From the NCBI GenBank assembly GCA_963664815.2, contig CAXXHB010000002.1, positions 320,001 through 384,000 on the forward strand: DNA of 64,000 nucleotides. Direction: 5' to 3'. The DNA is from Spirochaetota bacterium (lineage in GTDB: Bacteria; Spirochaetota; UBA4802; UBA5550). Of this stretch, positions 31,577 to 44,046 are shown piece after piece (the first letter of the stretch is position 1; each line of letters opens with the position of its first letter). Under the pieces are notes generated by a model, which saw only the letters and a program-made list of their open reading frames with translations, was not told the origin of the DNA and made no database searches. A program made the position numbers and the translations under genes.

Positions 31577-32571
31577 TGAAATCAGTAAAATGTATACTCC
31601 TTTATTCAGGTGGACTTGACAGCCTTCTCGCCGGTAAAGTTTTATTAGATGAAGGTATTGATGTTACCGGACTTCACTGTATTCTTCCTTACTATCCGCC
31701 GGATGTTGATACTGAAGATCTTAAAGAATCAATCATTGCAAAACAAATTGGTCTTAAACTTGTACATTACAGATGTGGTGATGAGTATATCAATATGCTT
31801 AAAAATCCGCCTCATGGATATGGAAAACATATTAATCCCTGTATCGACTGTAAAATTTTTTTCATAAATAAAGCTGCAGAAATAATGATTGAAACAGGTT
31901 CCGATTTTGTTGCTACAGGAGAAGTTGTCGGCCAGAGACCAATGTCACAATATAAAAATACCTTAATACATATTGAAAATAGTACACTCAAAGGAAGATT
32001 ACTCCGCCCCTTATCTGCAAAGCTTCTTAAACCAACAATACCTGAAATGAATGGTATTGTTAATAGAGAAAAGCTTTATGATATAAGCGGACGCGGAAGA
32101 TCGCGACAGATAGAATTGGCAAAATATTTTGGTATTAAAGACTATTCATCACCTGCCGGTGGTTGTCTGTTCACTGACAGTTTCATCTCTTCAAGAATTA
32201 AAGATCTTATGAAATTCGATCCCGACTTCAGGCAATCGGAACTATATCTGATTAAAACAGGAAGACATTTCAGAATTAATGCATCACTGAAAATAATTGT
32301 TTCAAAAAATGAACAGGAAGCAATTTATCTTGAGAAATATGAGAAAAATTCAGATTTTTTCTTTAAACCTGAATTCAGTGGTCCATCTGTTTATGTCAAA
32401 GGTAAAATGAACGAAAACGAAATTGATATTATCAATTCAATAATATGCAGATATGGAAAACCTTTTTCCGGAGAAAATATAATAAAAATTTTTTCTTCCG
32501 GAAATATTTTCAGAGAAATTAAAATTACAGCGCCAATCAGTGATATTGACCTTGAAAAATTCAGAATATAA
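31573..32571 (+). CDS. ThiI-like PP-loop tRNA-modifying protein
   Basis: SGGLDS PP-loop, CIDCK, TGEVVGQRPMSQ, RPLSAKLL, PAGGC, GRHFR. Confidence 0.8.
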   Translation: MMKSVKCILLYSGGLDSLLAGKVLLDEGIDVTGLHCILPYYPPDVDTEDLKESIIAKQIGLKLVHYRCGDEYINMLKNPPHGYGKHINPCIDCKIFFINKAAEIMIETGSDFVATGEVVGQRPMSQYKNTLIHIENSTLKGRLLRPLSAKLLKPTIPEMNGIVNREKLYDISGRGRSRQIELAKYFGIKDYSSPAGGCLFTDSFISSRIKDLMKFDPDFRQSELYLIKTGRHFRINASLKIIVSKNEQEAIYLEKYEKNSDFFFKPEFSGPSVYVKGKMNENEIDIINSIICRYGKPFSGENIIKIFSSGNIFREIKITAPISDIDLEKFRI

Positions 32572-33193
32572 TTTTAATAAAAAAAAGAAAATAATTGTTT
32601 CATATCTTGTTTCCGGGAAAGGATCAAATTTTCAGGCTGTTGCTGAAAAAATAATTAATGGTTACATTAAGGCTGATAATGGAGTTGTTATATCAAGTTC
32701 ATCAAATGCTTTAGCACTTGAAAAATCAGAAAAGCTTGGAATAAAATCAATTGTTATTAATCCTGAAAATTTTAAATCGAAAATCGACCATGAAACTGAA
32801 ATCATTAAAACTCTTGAATTTTATAAAACAGATTTGATTGTTACAGCGGGCTACATGAGAATTCTTACACCATTATTTGTTAACCGTTACAAATTCCGTA
32901 TAATTAATATTCATCCGTCTTTATTACCATCATTTACCGGAAAAAATGCACAACAACAGGCTCTTGATTATGGTGTAAGATTTACAGGATGTACATCTCA
33001 TTTTATTGATGAAGGGACTGATACCGGTCCAATAATATTACAATCACCTGTAGAAATTAAATCTGATGATAATATTAATACGCTTTCCGCCAGAATTTTA
33101 AAAGAGGAACATAAGATTTTAACAGAAAGCGTAAAACTTTTTTGTGAAAATAAGCTTATTCTGAAAAATAATCGTGTGATAATAAAAACATAG
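32540..33193 (+). CDS. purN: Phosphoribosylglycinamide formyltransferase (start uncertain)
   Basis: SGKGSNFQA, AGYMRIL, NIHPSLLP, G.T.HF.D...DTGPII.Q, EH. Confidence 0.95.
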   Translation: MILTLKNSEYNFNKKKKIIVSYLVSGKGSNFQAVAEKIINGYIKADNGVVISSSSNALALEKSEKLGIKSIVINPENFKSKIDHETEIIKTLEFYKTDLIVTAGYMRILTPLFVNRYKFRIINIHPSLLPSFTGKNAQQQALDYGVRFTGCTSHFIDEGTDTGPIILQSPVEIKSDDNINTLSARILKEEHKILTESVKLFCENKLILKNNRVIIKT

Positions 33194-33634
33194 TTATTTT
33201 TTTTCAAATTTCTGTTTCAATCCTTCATCCTGAATCTGAAAATATATTTCAACTCCTGTTTCAACTTTTTTCTCAGAAATGACTTTTCCATTCATTAAAG
33301 GTTTTTCAAATTCTGCTTTTATTTTTGCTATATCTGTGAATCGGCTTTCGTTATGCATTCTGACCTTTACAATATCCTGTAAAATTTTATGCCTTGACTT
33401 TTCTTTTGCTTTTTCAACATTTTCCGAAATAACAGATACTGTATATGTATTTTCATCACTCCATCCAATGTTAATTTTCTCTTTTTCAGGAATTATTTCT
33501 TTTTTCTTTTCAGGCTGAATTACTTCTTTTTGTTTTACTATATTATCTTTCTTCACTACTTCTTTCTTTATTTCTTCATTTGCACAACCATAGAATAAAA
33601 ATATTGAAATAATTATTAAGATATTATGTTTCAT
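33194..33634 (-). CDS. Lipoprotein, probable divergent paralogue of 34446..34895
   Basis: Lipobox-like FYG-C; GWSDENTY...AKE...EF...G.V...Y......GLK.K pattern shared with the neighbouring lipoprotein. Confidence 0.7.
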   Translation of the reverse strand: MKHNILIIISIFLFYGCANEEIKKEVVKKDNIVKQKEVIQPEKKKEIIPEKEKINIGWSDENTYTVSVISENVEKAKEKSRHKILQDIVKVRMHNESRFTDIAKIKAEFEKPLMNGKVISEKKVETGVEIYFQIQDEGLKQKFEKK

Positions 33635-33735
33635 AAATTTACATCCTTTTTTTATAGATTTTTTTAAAGTAATAATTATACTGAATTAATTACGCACAAT
33701 ATTTTTTTTATTATTTCAGGAGTAATAAAAGCTTT

Positions 33736-34263
33736 ATGCAAATATTAATTACAATTATAATTTTTCTTTTAATGTGTTTAACCATCACATATTATTACAA
33801 TCTTTTTATTACACAAAGCGTTATTACAAAAACTGAAATATTTAATGTTTTTCAACAGCTTGGTATTATTATTAATAAATTATTCTCAAAACATTCATTT
33901 TTTTATCTTTTTTTATTTTTTTTTATCTCTTCTTTTACAGGAATTCTTTTACTTTCTGTTTTTGACAGCCTGATTATTAACTCAGCATTATTGCCTCTTA
34001 TCCTGTATTTTTCATTCCCCCGCCTGGCAATTTATTTTGAAAATACGCGTGTAACTATTTCAAAAGATTATAAAGATATTCTTGAAATACTTTTTACCAA
34101 ATATTATAATTTTATTTTAATTGGTTTTTTTTCAGGCTATGTTTTTAAACTTATAGATAACTGGATTAATTCAGCTATAATAAATTTTTACTGGTTTACT
34201 TTTAACATTACTATTATCACTGGTTTGACCGTTCTTACTCTTAAAAACGATATTTTTGAATAA
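33736..34263 (+). CDS. Hypothetical integral membrane protein
   Basis: AGGAG upstream; about 5 hydrophobic segments. Confidence 0.7.
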   Translation: MQILITIIIFLLMCLTITYYYNLFITQSVITKTEIFNVFQQLGIIINKLFSKHSFFYLFLFFFISSFTGILLLSVFDSLIINSALLPLILYFSFPRLAIYFENTRVTISKDYKDILEILFTKYYNFILIGFFSGYVFKLIDNWINSAIINFYWFTFNITIITGLTVLTLKNDIFE

Positions 34264-34343
34264 AAAAACAATGTTTATATACACATTTAAATCTATTTTG
34301 TATATATAAACATCATAATAACTAAAATTGTTTTAATTTTATG

Positions 34344-34372
34344 TTGACTTGGATAAAAATGTTTTTTATAGT
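34344..34372 (+). promoter_or_regulatory. Sigma70 promoter of the lipoprotein gene
   Basis: TTGACT(34344)-N17-TATAGT(34367). Confidence 0.7.
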
Positions 34373-34445
34373 TATATTATCTTAACTCATGTAAAATAAT
34401 TTCATGAGTAATAAAATTTTTAACAATTATCAGGAGGTTCTTCGG

Positions 34446-34895
34446 ATGAAGAAATTATTTGTAATGACTCTGCTTCTTACTATAGGTCTTGCTTTCACAT
34501 CATGTGCTGGCGGTGGTCTTGGTGGAACAATAAAAGGAGAATCATTTAAAAGTGAGGGCTGGGTTGATGATAATACTTTCAGAGTGATTGGTACAGGCGC
34601 TCCTAAAGATGGATTAACTAACAAAGTTCAGCGAAAAGGAACAGCAAAAGAAGCAGCTATCATTGTTGCACAAAAAGCAATGGTTGAAAAATTTGTTGGT
34701 GCAAGAATTGATGCAGCAGCAGGTATGGCAGATTACAAATCTACTGGAATAGCTGTAGCGAAAGAATTTTCAGGTACAATTAAAGGTGGTTCTGTAGTTA
34801 AAGAAACTTATGATGAAGAAGAAAACTGTGAAGTTGTTTATGAATTAAAAGCAAAAGGCCTCAAGAAAAAAGTTGAAGCAACAGATATTAAATAA
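34446..34895 (+). CDS. Lipoprotein (LPP20/LipL21-like)
   Basis: AGGAGG RBS; MKKLF...AFTS-C lipobox; 'A.EAA...A...MVEK.VG.....A.G..D' resembles spirochaetal LipL21/LPP20-type proteins. Start re-called to 34446. Confidence 0.75.
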   Translation: MKKLFVMTLLLTIGLAFTSCAGGGLGGTIKGESFKSEGWVDDNTFRVIGTGAPKDGLTNKVQRKGTAKEAAIIVAQKAMVEKFVGARIDAAAGMADYKSTGIAVAKEFSGTIKGGSVVKETYDEEENCEVVYELKAKGLKKKVEATDIK

Positions 34896-34915
34896 ATATT
34901 TGTCATCAATACATT

Positions 34916-34946
34916 AAAAAAAAGCTGTTTAAAAACAGCTTTTTTT
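34916..34946 (+). terminator. Intrinsic terminator after the lipoprotein gene
   Basis: A-tract-GCTGTTT...AAACAGC-T7. Confidence 0.75.
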
Positions 34947-34963
34947 ATTCTAATTCAACATTT

Positions 34964-35012
34964 TTAACATAAAAAAAAGCCATCTGATTTAAATGGCTTT
35001 TTTTTATGTTAA
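34964..35012 (-). terminator. Terminator hairpin directly downstream of the 5S rRNA
   Basis: Perfect 20-bp inverted repeat TTAACATAAAAAAAAGCCAT-N9-ATGGCTTTTTTTTATGTTAA. Confidence 0.8.
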
Positions 35013-35129
<117 letters not shown>

Positions 35130-35218
35130 AAAAATTCCTTAACGATATAAGACAATTAATTCTTTTATACATTTGAGTCAATAATAAAAAATATTTTTTT
35201 ATTATTAAACTTCTTTCA

Positions 35219-37675
35219 TTATTCAGATTCTGAAATCACAGCAAAATCTGAAACCAGATCATTATCATTTAGTTCAAGAAGTTTTATACCAACTGTTGCC
35301 CTGCCCTGAGTTGAAATATCTTTGGCGAGAAGCCTTATAGTCATACCGGAAAGAGATGTAATTATTACTTCGTCAGTTGCCATCACTGACCGAATACCTG
35401 ACGCAGCTCCATTCTTATCTGTTATTTTAAGGTATGTCATGCCTTTTCCACCGCGACCCTTATTTACAAAATTGTTATATGCAATTCTTTTTCCATAGCC
35501 TTTATCTGATATTACAAACAGTGTTGAATTTTCTTTTACAATATCCATTCCAATTATATAATCTTCACCGTCAAGACGCATTCCAATAATTCCTGCAGCA
35601 GTACGTCCCATTGATCTCATTTTCTGAAGGTTTGTTCTAAGAAGTGACCCGTTCTTTGATGCTATTACAATATCACTCTCTTTCTCAACTACTTTTACAT
35701 CAACAAGTTCATCATCCTTTTTCAGATTAACACAGATGATTCCTCCTTTCTTAGCGTTGGCAAATTCTTTAATCTCTGTTTTTTTAAGAATACCATATTT
35801 TGTTGCCATGCATAGAAAGTCATCCGTTTCGAAATTTTTAATTGCACAAATAGCTGTAATGTTTTCACCCTGAGCAAGATTTATTAATCCTCTCAAAGAT
35901 TTACCTCGGCTTGTTTTGGTTGCAGGTGGTATTTCATATGTTTTAAGAGCAAATATTTTACCCTTATTTGAAAAAAGGTATATTGTATCATGATTTGTTG
36001 CAACAGTCATCATCTTAACAAAGTCTTCTCTCTTTGAAGACATTCCTATAACACCTTTTCCACCTCTACCCTGCTTTTTAAAAGTATCTATATGCATTCT
36101 TCGTATAAAAGCATCATTTGTTATAGAAACAACTACGCTTTCATCTGCAATTAAATCTTCAATTTCAAAATCAGTTGAAGATTCACCTCCAAAAACAATC
36201 TCCGTTTTTCTTTTATCATTATACTTCTCTTTAATTTCAGATAGCTCAGTTTTAATTAAATTATTCACTTTTACTTCACTTTTAAGAATAGCATTGAGTT
36301 CAGCAATAAGTTTCATCAGTTCTTTTAGTTCATCTATTATCTTCTTGATCTCAAGGCTGGTCAATCTCTGCAATCTCATTTCCAATATAGCTTTTGACTG
36401 AATTTCAGATAAATGAAATCTTTTAATAAGTTTCGCTCCGGCTTCATCCGGTGTTTTTGAAGCTTTTATAATTGCAATTACCTCATCAATATTCTCGAGT
36501 GCAATTTTTAATCCTTCGAGTATATGTGCTCTTTCTTCGGCTTTTTTCAGATCATATTTCGTTCTTCTTATTACAACTTCACGTCTATGAGTCACATAAT
36601 GAGACAGAATACTTTTTAAATCGAGAACTTTCGGAACACCGTCAACAATCGCAAGCATTATTACTCCGAATGAAGTCTGAAGAGATGTGTGTTTGAGAAG
36701 TTTATTTATTATAACTCCGCTATTCGCGTCTTTTTTTAAACCTATATAAATTCTCATCCCTTTTCTGTCAGATTCATCTCTCAGTTCTGCAATACCTTCT
36801 ATTTCTTTCTCATTAACAAGCTCCGCTATGCGTGTGATAAGAGTCGCCTTGTTAACCTGATAAGGAATTTCAGAAATAATTATTTCTTCTCTTCCTTTTT
36901 TATTTTCTAATATTTCATATTTACCCCTGATAATTATGCTGCCGCGGCCTGTACTATAAGCTTTTATTATACCATCATTTCCCATTATCGATGCTCCTGT
37001 TGGAAAATCCGGGCCTTTTATATATTTTATAAGATTTTTTACAGGTGTATCAGGATTATCAATCAGATAAATAGTTGCATCGATTACTTCTCCGAGGTTA
37101 TGAGGTGGAATTTTAGTAGCCATCCCTACAGCAATGCCTTCAGAACCATTTATAAGCAGATTTGGATATGCTGATGGCAGTACTTTTGGTTCTTTTCTTG
37201 TTTCATCAAAGTTTGGAGAAAAATCAACTGTCTCTTTGTCTATATCTCTCAGCAGTTCTTCAGCCACTTTTTCAAGACGTGCTTCGGTGTATCTGTAAGC
37301 TGCAGCACTGTCTCCATCAACAGACCCGTAATTACCCTGACCATCAATAAGAGGCACTCTCATTGAAAAATCCTGAGCCATCCTTACCATTGTTTCATAC
37401 ACGGCAGAGTCTCCATGTGGATGGAAATTACCGATGACTTCACCTACAATTTTAGCAGATTTTACATACGGCCTGTCACTTCTCCATGCCCGTTGATCCA
37501 TGGCCCATAGAATTCGCCTGTGAACTGGTTTCAGACCATCTCTTACATCGGGCAAAGCCCTTCCTACGATAACACTCATTGCATAATCAAGATAGGATAC
37601 ATTCATCTGATCTTCTATTTCAACATTTATGACTTTTGATATAATTTCTTTGTTATTATCTTTATTTGATGGCAC
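35219..37675 (-). CDS. gyrA: DNA gyrase subunit A
   Basis: YAMSVIVGRALPDVRDGLKPVHRR, HPHGDS, AAYRYTEAR, GyrA-box QGRGGKG; GTG start. Confidence 0.98.
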   Translation of the reverse strand: MPSNKDNNKEIISKVINVEIEDQMNVSYLDYAMSVIVGRALPDVRDGLKPVHRRILWAMDQRAWRSDRPYVKSAKIVGEVIGNFHPHGDSAVYETMVRMAQDFSMRVPLIDGQGNYGSVDGDSAAAYRYTEARLEKVAEELLRDIDKETVDFSPNFDETRKEPKVLPSAYPNLLINGSEGIAVGMATKIPPHNLGEVIDATIYLIDNPDTPVKNLIKYIKGPDFPTGASIMGNDGIIKAYSTGRGSIIIRGKYEILENKKGREEIIISEIPYQVNKATLITRIAELVNEKEIEGIAELRDESDRKGMRIYIGLKKDANSGVIINKLLKHTSLQTSFGVIMLAIVDGVPKVLDLKSILSHYVTHRREVVIRRTKYDLKKAEERAHILEGLKIALENIDEVIAIIKASKTPDEAGAKLIKRFHLSEIQSKAILEMRLQRLTSLEIKKIIDELKELMKLIAELNAILKSEVKVNNLIKTELSEIKEKYNDKRKTEIVFGGESSTDFEIEDLIADESVVVSITNDAFIRRMHIDTFKKQGRGGKGVIGMSSKREDFVKMMTVATNHDTIYLFSNKGKIFALKTYEIPPATKTSRGKSLRGLINLAQGENITAICAIKNFETDDFLCMATKYGILKKTEIKEFANAKKGGIICVNLKKDDELVDVKVVEKESDIVIASKNGSLLRTNLQKMRSMGRTAAGIIGMRLDGEDYIIGMDIVKENSTLFVISDKGYGKRIAYNNFVNKGRGGKGMTYLKITDKNGAASGIRSVMATDEVIITSLSGMTIRLLAKDISTQGRATVGIKLLELNDNDLVSDFAVISESE

Positions 37676-37719
37676 TTCTTTTACTCCGATAAAATTTTAA
37701 TTTTATAAATTATTTAATT

Positions 37720-39875
<2,156 letters not shown>

Positions 39876-39876
39876 T

Positions 39877-40215
39877 TTAAGAATTTCTCCATCTGCTTTT
39901 TTTTACTTCAAATTTAATTGTTTTAATAAAATTATCTCCATAATCATTTTTTATTTTTTTTAAAATCTCAACAGAATGAATTGATAATTCCCCCGCATAA
40001 GCGGAATGATCAACATTAATAAATAAAAACTTATTAAAAATTCTTTCAGGAAAACTGTGTGCTGATAAAATTTTTCCAACATAAGAAGGCCACTTATCTT
40101 TCATTTCTTCAATAATGAATGAATCTTTAATTTCGAGATCCTCCATTAATTCAGGAACGATGTTTCCGAAAGTAACAAGTTTATTTTTTCTGTTTTCACC
40201 AAATCTAAACTTCAA
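39877..40215 (-). CDS. dciA: DUF721/DciA-family helicase-loading protein
   Basis: W...VG..L..HS.P......L...V...A...EL pattern, located between recF and gyrB. Confidence 0.78.
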   Translation of the reverse strand: MKFRFGENRKNKLVTFGNIVPELMEDLEIKDSFIIEEMKDKWPSYVGKILSAHSFPERIFNKFLFINVDHSAYAGELSIHSVEILKKIKNDYGDNFIKTIKFEVKKSRWRNS

Positions 40216-41321
40216 AATTTTACCTTGTCGTAAACTATTCCTTTCATAACTGAAAAATGTTTTGAATTCAATAGTAAGCTTTTATCGTAGAAATTATTGA
40301 CCATAGTAAAAATTATCTGACCTTTACCTGTTAATAAATCAATCATACTATCGCGCCTTTTTTCGTCAAGTTCTGAAAAAATATCATCTACAAGAATAAT
40401 TGATTTTTTATTTTTTATCTCTTTAATTATTTCTACTTCGGACAGTTTTAAACTTATACTGGAGGTTCTTTTTTGTCCCTGAGAAGCATAATTAAAAAAA
40501 GCTACTCCTTTATTATTATGAATAAAATAGTCATCTCTGTGTGGACCTGAAACAGTATTTCCTCTTCTTAAATCATTTCTTATATTATTGTTTACTTCAT
40601 TTAAAATATCATCCTGGCTTTCTGATTTGAGACTTTCAGAATAATGTATTAAAGGAGAGCTTTCTTCATTGCTTATTGTAAGATAATTTTCTACAAATAA
40701 CCTGTTGAATTCTTTTATAAATAATCTGCGTTTCTTTATTATCGAAAATGCTTTTTCAGAAAACATTTTATTCCATACATCGAGCAGTTTTATGTCGCTT
40801 TTGTTTTCCCTGATTTTCTTTAAAAGCATATTCCTGGAATAACAAATCTCTCTGTATTTATTCAGCTCATCTATATATTCCGGATATAATTTTGATATTA
40901 CCGAATCAAAATATCTTCTTCTTATTTCAGGTGTTCCATTTATAATATTTATATCAGTCGGAATAAAACTGACAGTGATTAATTTTCCGTAGTAATCTGA
41001 TACTTTTTTTATTTCTGATGAATCAATTTTTATTTTTTTTTTAGATTTATCATTACTAATAGTATAACCTACTTCAAATTTATTATATTCGGAATCGGAT
41101 ACCTCACCTGAACAGTAATATGAATTACTGTCCCATTTTATTATATTATTATCATGTATGTTTCTGAAAGATTTCAAATTTGAAATTATAGAAATAGCTT
41201 CAAGAATATTTGTTTTTCCAGAGCCGTTTTCTCCTGTTATAAAGTTTATTTCAGGAGAAAAAATTATTTCCAGATTTTCATAATTCCTGAAGTTGATAAG
41301 TTTAAGACTTTTTAGTATCAT
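40212..41321 (-). CDS. recF: DNA replication/repair protein RecF
   Basis: NFRNY, GENGSGKTN, G.P..RR.Y.D, GPHRDD, SQGQKR, DDIFSELD. Confidence 0.96.
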   Translation of the reverse strand: MILKSLKLINFRNYENLEIIFSPEINFITGENGSGKTNILEAISIISNLKSFRNIHDNNIIKWDSNSYYCSGEVSDSEYNKFEVGYTISNDKSKKKIKIDSSEIKKVSDYYGKLITVSFIPTDINIINGTPEIRRRYFDSVISKLYPEYIDELNKYREICYSRNMLLKKIRENKSDIKLLDVWNKMFSEKAFSIIKKRRLFIKEFNRLFVENYLTISNEESSPLIHYSESLKSESQDDILNEVNNNIRNDLRRGNTVSGPHRDDYFIHNNKGVAFFNYASQGQKRTSSISLKLSEVEIIKEIKNKKSIILVDDIFSELDEKRRDSMIDLLTGKGQIIFTMVNNFYDKSLLLNSKHFSVMKGIVYDKVKF

Positions 41322-41322
41322 T

Positions 41323-42447
41323 TTATTCGGCTGAGGTTTTTATTTGTATAGGCATAATTACAGAAATAAAATTTTTATCATCTTCAGGAATTATTGTAAT
41401 TGGACTCATCTGTCCTGTTATACCACATGTAAAAGAGAAAGAATCAATCTGTTTTATTGTATCAAATAAAAACTGCGCATTAATCCCGATAAATATTTTT
41501 TCTTTGTTATCTGATTCAATATTTAATTCTTCTTCAGCCTGGCCCAATTCAGGTGTACTTGCTTCAATAATTAATAATTCTTTATTAAAAGTCATGACTA
41601 TTTTATTTGCAGGTTCCCTTGTAAAAATCATAGCCCTTTTAACTGAATCCAGAATTTTAGAAGTTTCAATGATTGATTTATGACTATATTCTTTTGGTAT
41701 TATCTGTTTGTAGTTTGGAAATTGTCCATCAATTACTCTGGAGATTATTTCAGTCTCATTTATTTTAAAATAACATTGTTTACTGTCAAAAGACATTTTG
41801 CAGTTTCCTGAATTTGATAATAATTTATATACTTCATTTATTGTTTTTAGAGGTATAATTGTTCCGTCACTAATACATGCCTCATTATCAATTTCTCTTG
41901 TTATCATTGAAAGTCTTCTTGAATCAGTTGCTATTGCAGTTATAGTTCCAGGTCTTTCTGAGACAATATATATACTGTTAAAAACTGGTTTTATTGTGTC
42001 TGTTGCTGCAGCATAAATTACTTTTTTAATCATATCTTTTAAAACTGCCTGTTCTATTTCAATAGAGCTTTCTTTATTTATTTCCGGAATCTGCGGGTAT
42101 TCGCTTGATTCTGTTCCGTAGAATGTATAATTACCTTTTATATTCTGAGACTTTATTTTTATTACCATTGATTCATCAATGGTAAGAGATATATCTTCAT
42201 CCGGGAGTTCTTTAATTATGCTTGAAAGCTTTTTACCATTAGCAGTGAAAGATAAATCGTTATCGGTCGATGCATCTATTTCAGTTCTTACCGCCATTTC
42301 GTTATCTGTAGAAATGATTTCTATTTTATTTTTTTTTATATTGAAAAGACAATTTGAGAGTATAGTATTTACATTTTTAGATGAGATAACTGACTCTGCA
42401 ATATTAATTGCCTTTAAAAAAGTGTCTTTGTTTATTGTGAATCTCAT
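41323..42447 (-). CDS. dnaN: DNA polymerase III beta sliding clamp
   Basis: STDNE, ATDSRRL, SRVIDGQFPNY, VIMP; directly downstream of dnaA. Confidence 0.97.
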   Translation of the reverse strand: MRFTINKDTFLKAINIAESVISSKNVNTILSNCLFNIKKNKIEIISTDNEMAVRTEIDASTDNDLSFTANGKKLSSIIKELPDEDISLTIDESMVIKIKSQNIKGNYTFYGTESSEYPQIPEINKESSIEIEQAVLKDMIKKVIYAAATDTIKPVFNSIYIVSERPGTITAIATDSRRLSMITREIDNEACISDGTIIPLKTINEVYKLLSNSGNCKMSFDSKQCYFKINETEIISRVIDGQFPNYKQIIPKEYSHKSIIETSKILDSVKRAMIFTREPANKIVMTFNKELLIIEASTPELGQAEEELNIESDNKEKIFIGINAQFLFDTIKQIDSFSFTCGITGQMSPITIIPEDDKNFISVIMPIQIKTSAE

Positions 42448-42711
42448 TTATTTGTTTCTCCTATATATTATATTAAATTATCTCTTAATTAATAGTTGTA
42501 GTAGTAGATATTAAAATATGTTTATAAAGTTGGTAATACCTGATTAAATCAGGTATTATTGTTTTTACATATTGTTGATAAAATTATAATTAAAAGGCGT
42601 TTTTAATTATAATTTCAGATATAAACAATTATATTAACAATTCTGAAAAATTAAAAAAGTTATCATATTGTATTAACAGTGGAACTTTATATTATCAACA
42701 GCTTATTAACT
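42448..42711. other. Probable oriC unwinding region (dnaA-dnaN intergenic) with DnaA-trios and variant DnaA boxes
   Basis: AT-rich. TAG-TTG-TAG-TAG-TAG at 42493-42507. Boxes: TTATAAACA (-, 42519-27), TTATCAACA (-, 42573-81; +, 42692-700), ATATAAACA 42619, ATATTAACA 42631, GTATTAACA 42670, TTATTAACT 42703. Confidence 0.8.
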
Positions 42712-44046
42712 GCGTAATTCAATTTTTAATTCTTCTATAAGTTCTTTAAAATCAGGATCATTTTGCATGTCTTCTTCAACTTTATTGATGGCATTAACAA
42801 CCGTCGAGTGGTCCCTGTCACCAAACTGTTTTCCTATATCAGTAGTTGTGAGATCGGTTAATTTGCGTATTAAATACATAGCTATAAATCTTGGAGTTAC
42901 AATTTTACTTTGCCTGCTTTTAGATATTATGTCTTCAACACTGATATTGTATGTATCAGATATTTTTGTTATTATATCATTAGTTGTTACTTTTCTGCTC
43001 GATTCTTCATCGAATAAATGTTTAAGATGTTCTTTTATATGTTTCAGTGTTATAGGTTCCTGATAAATATCATAAACCATTCTGAGATTAGCAAGAGCAG
43101 ACTCAAGGGCCCTTATACTTGACGTTATGCGTCTGGCTATATAATTAAATGCTTCATCTGATATTATTATGTTTTCCTTTGCAGCCTTATTTCTTAAAAT
43201 TGCTTCTCTTGTTTCAAGATTCGGAGTCTGTATATCCGTTATCATACCCCATTCAAATCTGGTTCTTAATCTGTCAGCAAGTGTTGCAATCTGCTTTGGA
43301 GGCCTGTCACTTGAAATTATTATCTGTTTTTTATTTTCATAAAGAGTGTTGAATGTGTGAAAAAATTCATTTTGAGTTTCTTCTTTTTTTTCAAGAAACT
43401 GAATATCATCAATCATCAGGATATCAACATTTCTGTATTTTATTTTAAAACTATGTTGAGTGTTGGTTTGTATGGCATAAATAAATTCATTTATAAATTG
43501 CTCAGTAGGAATATACAGTACTTTCAGATATGGTCTTTCCTGAAGAATGTAATGGCCAATAGCTTGTATCAGATGTGTCTTACCAAGACCTGTTCCTCCA
43601 TAAATAAAAAGAGGATTGAACTGTGTAGCTGGAGATCTGGATACAGATTTTGCGGCAGCATGCGCCAGTTGATTATTCGGACCTACAACAAAATTTTCAA
43701 AAGTATAATTTCTGTTAAGAGGAGAAATGCTGTTATCAATTTTGTTATAATTTGCATTTTCGGAAAAAGTATCAATTTTACTGGATTTTTCCATATCTTT
43801 ATATTCAATTTCTGTTATAAATTCACATGAATATTTTTTACCGGTGGTTGACTCAAGAATTTCTTCGATATCTTTCAGATATTTGTCTTTTAAATGTCTG
43901 ACAGCAACATCATCTTTTACTTTTATTTGTAAAACATTGCCATCAATTGAAAGTGGTTCGGTATCCTTTAACCACATGCCGAATGATTGTTTATTGATTC
44001 TTTTTTCGAGATTTGTTAAAACAATATCCCATATTCTATTTGCCAA
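42706..44046 (-). CDS. dnaA: Chromosomal replication initiator DnaA
   Basis: YTFENFVVG, NPLFIYGGTGLGKTHL, IDDIQF, RLRTRFEWG, RDHSTV; TTG start with GAGG upstream. Confidence 0.98.
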   Translation of the reverse strand: MANRIWDIVLTNLEKRINKQSFGMWLKDTEPLSIDGNVLQIKVKDDVAVRHLKDKYLKDIEEILESTTGKKYSCEFITEIEYKDMEKSSKIDTFSENANYNKIDNSISPLNRNYTFENFVVGPNNQLAHAAAKSVSRSPATQFNPLFIYGGTGLGKTHLIQAIGHYILQERPYLKVLYIPTEQFINEFIYAIQTNTQHSFKIKYRNVDILMIDDIQFLEKKEETQNEFFHTFNTLYENKKQIIISSDRPPKQIATLADRLRTRFEWGMITDIQTPNLETREAILRNKAAKENIIISDEAFNYIARRITSSIRALESALANLRMVYDIYQEPITLKHIKEHLKHLFDEESSRKVTTNDIITKISDTYNISVEDIISKSRQSKIVTPRFIAMYLIRKLTDLTTTDIGKQFGDRDHSTVVNAINKVEEDMQNDPDFKELIEELKIELRS

